Shown piece after piece: positions 40,449-52,535 of a DNA stretch of 64,000 nt. Source of the stretch: Phyllobates terribilis (Eukaryota); assembly GCF_046119375.1 (NCBI RefSeq), contig NW_027362769.1:386384001-386448000 (forward strand), in the 5' to 3' direction. The stretch's first letter is position 1. Each line of letters opens with the position of its first letter. The notes under the pieces were generated by a model. It was given only the letters and a program-made list of their open reading frames with translations. It had not been told where the DNA came from and searched no databases. A program made the translations under genes and the position numbers.

Positions 40449-42499
40449 CACTGCTCAAAAAAATAAAGGGAACACTTAAACTACAGAATATAACTCCAAG
40501 TGAATCAAAGTTCAGTGAAATCAAACTGTCCACTTAGGAAGCAACACTGATTGACAATCAATTTCACATGCTGTTGTGCAAATGGAATAGACAATAGATG
40601 GAAATTATTGGCAATTATCAAGACACCCTCAATAAAGGAGAGGCTCTGCAGGTGGGGACCACAGACCACATCTCAGTACCAATGCTTTCTGGCTGATGTT
40701 TTGGTCACTTTTGTATGTTGGTTGTGCTTTCACACTCGTGGTAGCATGAGACGGACTCTACAACCCACAGAAGTTGCTCAGGTAGTGCAGCTCATCCAGG
40801 ATGGCACATCAATGCGAGCTGTGGCAAGAAGGTTTGCTGTGTCTGTCAGCGTAGTGTCCAGAGGCTGGAGGCGCTACCAGGAGACAGGCCAGTACACCAG
40901 GAGACATGGAGGGGGCCGTAGGAGGGCAACAACCCAGCAGCAGGACCGCTACCTCCCCCTTTGTGCAAGGAGGAACAGGAGGAGCACTGCCAGAGCCCTG
41001 CAAAATGACCTCCAGCAGGCCACAAATGTGCATGTGTCTGCACAAACGGTTAGAAACCGACTCCATGAGGGAGGTATGAGGGCCCGACGACCACAGATGG
41101 GGGTTGTGCTCACAGCCCAACACCGTGCAGGACGCTTGGCATTTGCCACAGAACACCAGGATTGGCAAAGTCGCCACTGGCGCCCTGTGCTCTTCACAGA
41201 TGAAAGCAGGTTCACACTGAGCACATGTGACAGATGTGACAGAGTCTGAAGATGTCGTGGAGAGCGATCTGCTGCCTGCAACATCCTTCAGCATGACCGG
41301 TTTGGCAGTGGGTCAGTAATGGTGTGGGGTGGCATTTCTTTGGAGGGCCGCACAGCCCTCCATGTGCTCGCCAGCGGTAGCCTGACTGCCATTAGGTACC
41401 GAGATGAGATGAGATGAGATGTTCCTGCAAGATGAAGGCATTGAAGCTATGGACTGGCCCGCCCGTTCCCCAGACCTGAATCCGGTTGAGCACATCATGT
41501 CTCGCTCCATCCACCAACGTCAAGTTGCACCACAGACTGTCCAGGAGTTGGCGGATGCTTTAGTCCAGGTCTGGAAGGAGATCCCACAGGAGACCATCCG
41601 CAACCTCATCAGGAGCATGCCCAGGCGTTGTAGGGAGGTCATACAGGCACGTGGAGGCCACACACAATACTGAGCCTCATCAGGAGCATGCCCAGGCGTT
41701 GTAGGGAGGTCATACAGGCACGAGGAGGCCACACACAATACTCAGCCTCATCAGGAGCATGCCCAGGCGTTGTAGGGAGGTCATACAGGCACGTGGAGGC
41801 CACACACAATACTCAGCCTCATCAGGAGCATGCCCAGGCATTGTAGGGAGGTCATACAGGCACGTGGAGGCCACACACAATACTGAGCCTCATCAGGAGC
41901 ATGCCCAGGCGTTGTAGGGAGGTCATACAGGCACGAGGAGGCCACACACAATACTCAGCCTCATCAGGAGCATGCCCAGGTGTTGTAGGGAGGTCATACA
42001 GGCACGTGGAGGCCACACACAATACTCAGCCTCATCAGGAGCATGCCCAGGCGTTGTAGGGAGGTCATACAGGCACATGGAGGCCACACACAATACTCAG
42101 CCTCATCAGGAGCATGCCCAGGCGTTGTAGGGAGGTCATACAGGCACGTGGAGGCCACACACAATACTCAGCCTCATCAGGAGCATGCCCAGGCGTTGTA
42201 GGGAGGTCATACAGGCACGTGGAGGCCACACACAATACTGAGACTCATTTTGACTTGTTTTAAGGACATTACATCAAAGTTGGATCAGCCTGTAGTGTGT
42301 TTTTCCCCTTTAATTTTGGGGGTGACTCCAAATCCAGGCCTCCATTGGTTAATAAATGTGATTTCCATTGATGATTTTTGTGTGATTTTATTGTCAGCAC
42401 ATTCAACTTTGTACAGAACAAAGTATTCAATGAGAAGATTTCATTCATTCAGATCTAGGATGTGTTATTTCAGTGTTCCCTTTATTTTTTTGAGCAGTG
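40449..42499 (+). mobile_element. Tc1 element with broken transposase and internal 71-bp tandem expansion
   Basis: TA|cactgctcaaaaaaataaagggaacac ... gtgttccctttatttttttgagcagtg|TA. Transposase from ATG 40746 ([10 protein letters not shown]...FTDESRF), stop at 41247-41249, internal deletion, C-terminal WPARSPDLNPVEH...RGGHTQY*. Confidence 0.92.
41603..42243 (+). repeat. 71-bp tandem repeat, ~9 copies, derived from the transposase 3' end
   Basis: cctcatcaggagcatgcccaggcgttgtagggaggtcatacaggcacgtggaggccacacacaatactgag repeated. Confidence 0.95.
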
Positions 42500-42549
42500 T
42501 ATATATAGATAATGCAGGATCCACCAATCACAAAAGGCGATGTCCCAGC

Positions 42550-45500
42550 TGCCTCCTCCCCCTCTCTGCACAGTGGTCTCCGCACAGCTCACCTCCTCCC
42601 CTCTCTGTATAATGATCTCTGCACAGCTCACCTCCTCCCACTCTCTGTATAATGATCTCTGCACAGGTCACCTCCTCCCACTCTCTTCACAGTGATTTCT
42701 GCACAGCTCACCTCGTCCCACTCTCTGTATAATGATCTCTGCACAGTTCATCTCCTCCCACTCTCCGTATAATGATCTCTGCACAGCTCACTTCCTCCCA
42801 CTCTCTGTATAATGATCTCTGCACAACTCAACTCCTCCCACTCTCTGTATAATGATCTCTGCACAGCTCACCTCCTCCCACTCTCTGTATAATGATCTCT
42901 GCACAGCTCACCTCCTCCCACTCTCTGTATAATGATCTCTGCACAGCTCACCTCCTCCCACTCTCTGTATAATGATATCTGCCCAGCTCACCTCCTCCTA
43001 CTCTCTGTATAATGATCTCTGCACAGCTCACCTCCTCCCACTTTCTGTATAATGATCTCTTTACACCTCACCTCCTCCCCCTCTCTGCACAGCTCATCTC
43101 CTCCCTCTCTCTGTATAATGATCTCTGCACAGCTCACTTCCTCCCACTCTCTGTATAATGATCTCTGCACAGCTCACCTCTTCCTCTGTAAACATTGATA
43201 TCCGCACAGCTCACCTCCTCCCACTCTCTGCACAATAATCTGTGCACAGCTCACCTCCTCCCCCTCTCTGTATAATGATCTCTGCACAGCTCACCTCCTC
43301 CCCTCTCTGTATAATGATCTCTGCACTGCTCCCCTCCTCCTCCTCTGTATAATGATCTCTGCACAGCTCACCTCCCCCTCTCTGTATAATGATCTCTGCA
43401 CTGCTCCCCTCCTCCTCCTGTGTATAATGAGCTCTGCACTGCTCCCCTCCTCCTCCTCTGTATAATGATCTCTGCACAGCTCACCTCCCCCCCTCTCTGT
43501 ATAATGATCTCTGCACAGCTCACCTCCTCCTCCTCTGTATAATGATCTCTGCACAGCTCACCTCCTCCCCCTCTCTGTATAATGATCTCTGCACACCTCA
43601 CCTCCTCCCCCTCTCTGCACAGTGATCTCTGCAGAGCTCATCTCCTCCCCCTCTCTGTATAATGATCTCTGCATAGCTCACCTCTTCCTCTGTAAACATT
43701 GACATCCACACAGCTCACCTCCTCCCACTCTCTGCACAATAATCTGTGCACAGCTCACCTCCTCCCCCTCTCTGTATAATGATCTCTGCACGGCTCACCT
43801 CCTCCCCTCTCTGTATAATGATCTCTGCACAGCTCACCTCCTCCCCCTCTCTGTATAATGATCTCTGCACTGCTCCCCTCCTCCTCCTCTGTATAATGAT
43901 CTCTGCACAGCTCACCTCCCCCTCTCTGTATAATGATCTCTGCATAGCTCACCTCTTCCTCTGTAAACATTGACATCCACACAGCTCACCTCCTCCCACT
44001 CTCTGCACAATAATCTGTGTACAGCTCACCTCCTCCCCCTCTCTGTATAATGATCTCTGCACGGCTCACCTCCTCCCCTCTCTGTATAATGATCTCTGCA
44101 CAGCTCACCTCCTCCCCCTCTCTGTATAATGATCTCTGCACTGCTCCCCTCCTCCTCCTCTGTATAATGATCTCTGCACAGCTCACCTCCCCCTCTCTGT
44201 ATAATGATCTCTGCACTGCTCCCCTCCTCCTCCTCTGTATAATGAGATCTGCACTGCTCCCATCCTCCTCCTCTGTATAATGATCTCTGCACAGCTCACC
44301 TCCCCCCCGCTCTGTATAATGATCTCTGCACAGCTCACCTCCTCCTCCTCTGTATAATGATCTCTGCACAGCTCACCTCCTCCCCCTCTCTGTATAATGA
44401 TCTCTGCACAGCTCACCTCCTCCCCTCTCTGTATAATGATCTCTGCACAGCTCATCTCCTCCTCTGTATAATGATCTCTGCACAGCTCACCTCCTCCCCC
44501 TCTCTGTATAATGATCTCTGCACAGCTCACCTCCTCCCCCTCTCTGTATAATGATCTCTGCACAGCTCACCTCCTCCTCTGTATAATGATCTCTGCACAG
44601 CTCACCTCCTCCCCCTCTCTGTATAATGATCTCTGCACAGCTCACCTCCTCCCCCTCTCTGTATAATGATCTCTGCACAGCTCACCTCCTCCTCCTCCTC
44701 TGTATAATGATCTCGGCACAGCTCACCTCCTCCCCCTCTCTGTATAATGATCTCTGCACAGCTCACCTCCTCCTCCTCTGTATAATGATCTCGGCACAGC
44801 TCACTTCCTCCTCCTCTGTATAATGATCTCTGCACAGCTCACCTCCTCCTCTGTATAATGATCTCTGCACAGCTCACCTCCTCCCCCTCTCTGTATAATG
44901 ATCTCTGCACTGCTCCCCTCCTCCTCCTCTGTATAATGATCTCTGCACAGCTCACCTCCCCCTCTCTGTATAATGATCTCTGCACTGCTCCCCTCCTCCT
45001 CCTCTGTATAATGAGATCTGCACTGCTCCCATCCTCCTCCTCTGTATAATGATCTCTGCACAGCTCACCTCCCCCCCGCTCTGTACAATGATCTCTGCAC
45101 AGCTCACCTCCTCCTCCTCTGTATAATGATCTCTGCACAGCTCACCTCCTCCCCCTCTCTGTATAATGATCTCTGCACAGCTCACCTCCTCCCCTCTCTG
45201 TATAATGATCTCTGCACAGCTCACCTCCTCCTCTGTATAATGATCTCTGCACAGCTCACCTCCTCCCCCTCTCTGTATAATGATCTCTGCACAGCTCACC
45301 TCCTCCCCCTCTCTGTATAATGATCTCTGCACAGCTCACCTCCTCCTCTGTATAATGATCTCTGCACAGCTCACCTCCTCCCCCTCTCTGTATAATGATC
45401 TCTGCACAGCTCACCTCCTCCCCCTCTCTGTATAATGATCTCTGCACAGCTCACCTCCTCCTCCTCTGTATAATGATCTCGGCACAGCTCACCTCCTCCC

Positions 45501-45830
45501 CCTCTCTGTATAATGATCTCTGCACAGCTCAACTCCTCCTCCTCTGTATAATGATCTCGGCACAGCTCACTTCCTCCTCCTCTGTATAATGATCTCTGCA
45601 CAGCTCACCTCCTCCTCTGTATAATGATCTCTGCACAGCTCACCTCCTCCCCCTTTCTGTATAATGATCTCTGCACAGCTCACTTCCTCCTCCTCTGTAT
45701 AATGATCTCTGCACAGCTCACTTCCTCCTCCTTTGTATAATGATCTCTGCACAGCTCACCTCCTCCTCTGTATAATGATCTCTGCACAGCTTACCTCCTC
45801 CCCCTCTCTGTATAATGATCTCTGCACAGA
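42550..45830. repeat. ~36-40-bp pyrimidine-rich minisatellite with 271-bp and 769-bp higher-order blocks
   Basis: ctctgtataatgatctctgcacagctcacctcctcccc repeated; near-identical ORFs at 44183/44952 and 43715/43986 offsets. Confidence 0.95.
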
Positions 45831-46489
45831 CATGCCCACAACACTATCCCACTGAAGTCAGTGAACATTTCCAGACTATGCACCTAGACTTGTTTGCTGG
45901 GACATTATTATTCTCTCGCTGATGTTTGTATACTTTTGTATTTTTCCTCCGCACATTATTATAGTTTCGATGACTTTACTACTATTTTTGTGATTTGTTT
46001 GAGGATTTTTTTTTATCTTTTTTCATTGTTTTACCCTTCACACTTTACCTTTTTGGCTTGTAAAAGTGATGTGATTCTTATGTGCTATTTTTCGTCGGTT
46101 TATTTTATTCAATTCTTTTTGATTGTTTTTCTTTCATGTTTATTTTTTAATGTTTTATTAGGAAGTAAAAGCGCCCTCCCGTAATGCTGGTGTGTAAGAC
46201 CACTAAAAATAAAACAGAAGGAAGAGGAGGCCGCGACGGGCGAACAACAAGAAGCGGCTTTTTTCTTCAATGAACTAAACCACCTCAGACGATCCCGGTT
46301 TATTCTTCTTCTTTTTACGACCGCAGTAGAAGCTGATAATGATAAATATTCCTTTTATGGAGACAATTACATATGGATGTGAATTTCTGACCTTTTTAAT
46401 TTTTACATTTTAATTCGAAATAAAACCAACCTTCTTTACAGCAGTCAAAGCTCAAATTTTGTGATACAGAATTCCAAAACATCTGCATT

Positions 46490-49400
46490 GAGTCACCACT
46501 AGGAGGAGCTCCCTGTATCCAGAAATAGATGATAATGTTCTGTCTGCAGCCACCACTAGGGGGAGCTCCCTGTATACAGAAATAGATGATAATGTTCTGT
46601 CTGCAGCCACCACTAGGGGAAGCTCCCTGTATACAAAAATAGATGATAAGATTCTGTCTGCAGCCACCGCTAGGGGAAGCTCCCTGTATATAGAAATAGA
46701 TGATAATGTTCTGCCTGCAGCAACCACTAGGGGGAGCTCCCTGTATACAGAAATAGATGATAATGTTCTGTCTGCAGCCACCACTAGGGGGACATCCCTG
46801 TATACAGAAATAGATGATAATGTTCTGTCTGCAGCCACCACTAGGGGGAGCTCCCTGTATACAGAAAGAGATGATAATGTTCTGTCTGCAGCCACCACTA
46901 GGGGGAGCTCCCTGTATACAGAGACACATGATAAGATTCTCTCTGCAGCCACCACTAGAGGGAGCTCCCTGTACACAGAGATACATGATAAGATTCTGTC
47001 TGCAGCCACCACTAGGGGAAGCTCCTGGTATACAGAGATGCACGATAAGATTCTGTCTGCAACCACAACTAGGGGGAGCTCCCTGTATACAGAGATACAT
47101 GATAAGATCCTGTCTGCAACCACCACTAGGGGAGCTCACTGTATACAGAGATACATGATAAGATCCTGTCTGCAGCCACCACTAGGGGGAGCTCCCTGTA
47201 TACAGAGATACATGATAAGATCCTGTCTGCAACCACCACTAGGGGAGCTCATTGTATACAGAGATACATGATAAGATCCTGTCTGCAGCCACCACTAGGG
47301 GGAGCTCTCTGTATACAGAGATACATCATAAGATCCTGTCTGCAGCCACCACTAGGGGGAGCGCCCTGTATACAGAGATAAATGAGAAGATCCTGTCTGC
47401 AGCCACCACTAGGGGGAGCGCCCTGTATACAGAGATAAATGAGAAGATCCTGTCTGCAGCCACCACTAGGGGGAGTGCCCTGTATAGAGAGATACATGAT
47501 AAGATTCTGTCTGCAGCCACCACTAGGGGGAGCAACCTGTATACAGAGATACATGATAAGATTCTGCCTGCTGCCACCACTAGGGGGGAGCTCCCTGTAT
47601 ACAGAGATACATGATAAGACCCTGTCTGCAGTCACCACTAGGGGGAGCTCCCTGTATACAGAGATACATGATAACATTCTGTCTGCAGCCACCACTAGGG
47701 GGAGCTCCCTGTATACAGAGATACATGATAAGATCCTGTCTGCAACCACCACTAGGGGAGCTCATTGTATACAGAGATAAATGATAAGATCCTGTATGCA
47801 GCCACCACTAGGGGGAGCACCCTGTATACAGAGATACATGAGAAGATCCTGTCTGCAGCCACCACTAGGGGGAGTGCCCTGTATACAGAGATGCATGATA
47901 AGATCCTGTCTACAGTCACCACTAGGGAGAGCTCACTGTATAGAGATACATGATAAGATGCTGTCTGCAACCACTCTAGGGGGAGCACCCTGTATACAGA
48001 GATACATGAGAAGATCCTGTCTGCAGCCACCACTAGGGGGAGTGCCCTGTATACAAAGATACATGATAAGATCCTGTCTACAGCCACCACTAGGGGCAGC
48101 TCACTGTATACTGAGATACATGATAAGATTCTGTCTGCAGCCACTAATAGGGGGAGCTCCCTCTATACAGAGATACATGAGAAGATCCTGTCTGCAGCCA
48201 CCACTAGGGGGAGTGCCCTGTATACAGAGATACATGATAAGATCCTGTCTGTAGCCACCACTAGGGGGGAGCTCGCTGTATACGAGATACATGATAAGAA
48301 CATGTCTGCAGTCATCACTAGGGGGAGCTCACTGTATACAGAGATACGCGGTAAGATCCGGTCTGTAGTCACCACTAGAGGGAGCTCTCTGTATACAGAG
48401 ATACATGATAAGATTCTGTCTACAGCCACCACTAGGGGGAGCTCCCTGTATACAGAGATACATAATAAGATTCGATCTGCAGTCACCACTAGGGGGAGCT
48501 CCCTGTATACAGAGATAAATGATAAGATTCTGTCTACAGCCACCACTAGGGGGAGCTCCCTGTATACAGAGATACATAATAAGATTCGATCTGCAGTCAC
48601 CACTAGGGGGAGCTCCCTGTATACAGAGATACATGATAAGATTCTGCCTGCTGCCACCACTAGGGGGGAGCTCCCTGTATACAGAGATACATGATAAGAC
48701 CCTGTCTGCAGCCACCACTAGGGGGAGCTCCCTGTATACAGAGATACATGATAACATTCTGTCTGCAGCCACCACTAGGGGGAGCTCCTTGTATACAGAG
48801 ACACATGGTAAGACCCTGTCTGCAGCCAACACTAGGGGGAGCTCCCTTTATACAGAGATACATGATATGATCCTGTCTGCAGCCACCACTAGGGGGAGCT
48901 CCCTATATACAGAGATACATGATAAGATCCGGTCTGCAGTCACCACTAGAGGGAACTCCGTGTATACAGAGATACATTATAAGATTCTGTCTGCATTCAC
49001 CACTAGGGGGAGCTCCCTGTATACAGATACATGATAAGATCCTGTCTGCAGACACCACTAGGGGGAGCTCCCTGTATACAGAGATACATAATAAGATCCT
49101 GTCTGCAGTCACCACTAGGGGGAGCTCCGTGTATACAGAGATACATTATAAGATTCTGTCTGCAGCCACCACTAGGGGGAGCTCCCTGTATACAGAGATA
49201 CATGATAAGATCCTGTCTGCAGTCACCACTAGGGGGAGCTCCCTGTATACAGAGATACATGATAAGATTCTGTCTGCAGTCACCACTAGGGGGAGCTCCC
49301 TGTATACAGAGATACATGATAATATTCTGTCTGCAGCCACCACTAGGGGGAGCTCCCTGTATACAGAGATACATGATAAGATTCTGTCTGCAGTCACCTC

Positions 49401-49880
49401 TAGGGGGAGCTCCCTGTATACAGAGATATATGATAAGATTCTGTCTGCAGCCACCACTAGGGGGAGCTCCCTGTATACAGAGATAAATGATAAGATTCTG
49501 TCTGCAGCCACCACTAGGGTGAGCTCCCTGTATACAGAGATACATGATAATATCCTGTCTGCAGTCACCACTAGGGGGAGCTCCCTGTATACAGTGATAC
49601 ATGATAAGATTCTGTCTGCATTACCACTAGGGGGAGCTCCCTGTATACAGAGATAAATGATAAGATTCTGTCTGCGGTCACCACTAGGGGGAGCTCCCTG
49701 TATACAGAGATGCATGATAAGATCCTGCCGGCAGCCACCACTAGGGGGAGCTCCCTATATACAGAGATACATGATAATATTCTGTCTGCAGCCACCACTA
49801 GGGGGAGCTCCCTGTATACAGAGATACATGATAAGATCCTGTCTGCAGCCACCACTAGGGGGCGCTCCCTGTATACAGAG
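46490..49880 (+). repeat. 57-bp minisatellite, ~60 copies, each carrying a CTCF-like motif
   Basis: gccaccactagggggagctccctgtatacagagatacatgataagattctgtctgca repeated (19-aa period in the ORFs); the last copy has CCACTAGGGGGCGC (49852-49865). Confidence 0.95.
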
Positions 49881-50239
49881 ATACATGATAAGGTTCTGCA
49901 TTAACCCTGTGTGTCCCAGGTTGGAGCTGGTTTCTGTAGAGTTTAGAGAAGACTGTTCGCTGGGCTGGGGGCAGTGGGGTGTGGAGGGTCTTCCTCTCGC
50001 CCGTCGGTCACACCCAGCTGCATCCTGTTTGTCGATCTCACACAGGGAGGATGTGGACTTTTCTTGTCGGTTATTGTAGGAAACACCATAAAACAGACCG
50101 TGCACGAAGCCATATATATATATATAATGACAGTACCATTATATCAGCACTGTACTAATAGTACAGAGAGATAAGCGGCACTGGATTTATCTGGCAGCTG
50201 CTTATCTCCATAAATAAAAGGGTGAGCCTTGCAAAAATG

Positions 50240-50790
50240 TGCAGCCTCCCCTCCTGCAGCCTCCCCTCTCTGCAGCCTCCCCTCTCTGCAGCCTCCCCTC
50301 CTGCAGCCTCCCCTCTCTGCAGCCTCCCTTCCTGCAGCCTCCCCTCCTGCAGCCTCCCTTCCTGCAGCCTCCCCTCTCTGCAGCCTCCCTTCCTGCAGCC
50401 TCCCTTCCTGCAGCCTCCCCTCCTGCAGCCTCCCCTCTCTGCAGCCTCCCCTCCTGCAGCCTCCCCTCTCTGCAGCCTCCCTTCCTGCAGCCTCCCCTCC
50501 TGCAGCCTCCCTTCCTGCAGCCTCCCCTCTCTGCAGCCTCCCCTCCTGCAGCCTCCCCTCTCTGCAGCCTCCCTTCCTGCAGCCTCCCCTCCTGCAGCCT
50601 CCCTTCCTGCAGCCTCCCCTCTCTGCAGCCTCCCTTCCTGCAGCCTCCCTTCCTGCAGCCTCCCCTCCTGCAGCCTCCCCTCCTGCAGCCTCCCCTCTCT
50701 GCAGCCTCCCCTCTCTGCAGCCTCCCTTCCTGCAGCCTCCCTTCCTGCAGCCTCCCTTCCTGCAGCCTCCCCTCTCTGCAGCCTCCCCTC
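50240..50790. repeat. 15/17-bp minisatellite (gcagcctcccctcct / gcagcctcccctctct)
   Basis: Direct periodicity. Confidence 0.95.
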
Positions 50791-50849
50791 TGATGCTGCA
50801 CAATCTTGATAAGATGCTTTATAGAACTGCTGCCTGGAGCTCATATAAA

Positions 50850-51139
50850 GGACTGGTCACCTCTGCCGGAAATTGCCGAACTGTCTGAGCTGAGGCGCCG
50901 GAAAGTCACGAGCAGCCTCCAAGACAATAAGAGACCAGAGGAGCCTGAGCGTTGCCGGAAATTACCGAAGTCACTGGCGTCCTCACAGCCGAGCGCTGAC
51001 GGAGATTCCCGAGCGGATACGGAAACGTGTCCCATGCGGATGCGGATTTGTTCGGGAGGAAAGTTGGAGGTTTGGGAAGGAAAGTAGAAGTGGAGGCGCC
51101 CCCTGAATCTCAGTGCAAGCGGAGAAGGCTGCAGGCAAG
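50850..51139 (+). promoter_or_regulatory. Putative rabep2 promoter and non-coding first exon
   Basis: CpG-rich with three CCGGAA ETS-type sites; strong donor GCAAG|gtaagt at 51139/51140; no ATG-initiated frame reaches the donor in the phase required. Confidence 0.5.
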
Positions 51140-51544
51140 GTAAGTGCAGGGTCTGCCTGTGTTATGTGCAGCAGAGCTGCCGGTACAATGTGTTATGTGC
51201 ACGTGATAGCGAATGCACCTGCATGCTGGGATTTGTAGTCCCTCTCCTCTAGGCAGGAAAGTCTCTGTGCAGGAATTAAATCACAATAATATATAAAGGT
51301 AATACCCAGGCAAGAGCGGCGATCCCAGGAGCTGACGCTCTAATGATGCCAGCAGTGCAGGGGTTAATGTATCTAATCCTGCATGGGGGTGGGGTTTGCG
51401 GATTAATTTTGCATAATTAATTATTACAATCGCACAAACTGAAGATGCTCCAAGGACAAGATTGCGGGAAAATCTGATCGTAAATGCGCAAATATTACCG
51501 CAGATTTATTTGTGTCTTTGCTGCTAAAATGAAAGATAAAAGCC

Positions 51545-51960
51545 GCGACCCCGGGAGGGGGGCGGTCACCAGCGGGACCCCGGGAGGGGGGCGGTCACCA
51601 GCGGGACCCCGGGAGGGGGGCGGTCACCAGCGGGACCCCGGGAGGGGGGCGGTCACCAGCGGGCTCCCGGGGGGGGCGGTCACCAGCGGGATCCCGGGGG
51701 GGGGGGGCCTCACAAGCGGGCTCCCGGGAGGGGCGGTCACCAGCAGGCTCCTGGGGCGGGGGGGGCGGTCACCAGCGGGCTCCCGGGGGGGGGGGCGGTC
51801 ACCAGCGGGCTCCCGGGGGGGGGGGGCGTCACCAGCGGGCTCCCGGGGGGCGGGGGGGCGTCACCAGCGGGATCCCGGGGGGGGCGTCACCAGCGGGATC
51901 CCGGGGGGGGCGTCACCGGCGGGATCCCGGGGGGGGCGTCACCAGCGGGATCCCGGGGCG
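51545..51960. repeat. GC-rich ~30-35-bp minisatellite with G runs
   Basis: ggtcaccagcgggaccccgggagggggc repeated. Confidence 0.9.
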
Positions 51961-52535
51961 TCACAAGCAGGCTCCTTTTTTATGTCTTTATTTTTCTATA
52001 TATTTTTTTTTTTTTTGTCTTTGCTGTAGTTTTGCACTAATTTCTTAAAGAAAAAAAAAAAATGCGCATGGGGTTCATGAAAATCCAAAAACAAATGTAT
52101 TTTTAGGATTTTTTGGGAGAAGAGGACACTTGTGCAAAAATTCTGCCACTTTTTAAAAAAAAAAAAAAAAAGTATAAAAATAATGAATCGGCCGCAAATA
52201 TATGAAAAATCAGAACCGCAGCCAAAATGGCGAATAAGGAAGAAAACGGGCGAACAAGTATAAAAACAGGAAACCTAAAATGCCATGATGGGTCGGGCCC
52301 AGAGCTGTCACACGTGATAACTGGAGCCTGGGTGAGCTAGATGTTGGCGTTCAGTCATGACGTGTCGTCAGCGCTGCAGCCAGTCATGGTCGGCAGTGGT
52401 CACGTGACCTCCCGGCTGGATACAGTGGAGCAGAGGCACGCGGCCGGCCTCTCCATTACCCTTGATATTTGGTTTCCGTTCCCATTACTCTGTCCTATTA
52501 TCCAATCTCATTCTCCAGGAAACCTCTGTGTGTCG

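Noticed and set aside
42482-49904. Dozens of 60-250 aa ORFs
   Set aside because: All are translations of the ~39-bp and 57-bp satellites.
49900-50105. Unique-looking segment that might hold missing rabep2 or other exons
   Set aside because: No coiled-coil or RABEP2-like peptide in any frame, and no convincing splice pair.
52341-52518. Upstream in-frame ATG extending rabep2 by 65 aa
   Set aside because: The extension runs through a clear polypyrimidine tract and acceptor and promoter-like motifs, and shows no RABEP2 similarity; kept only as an alternative.
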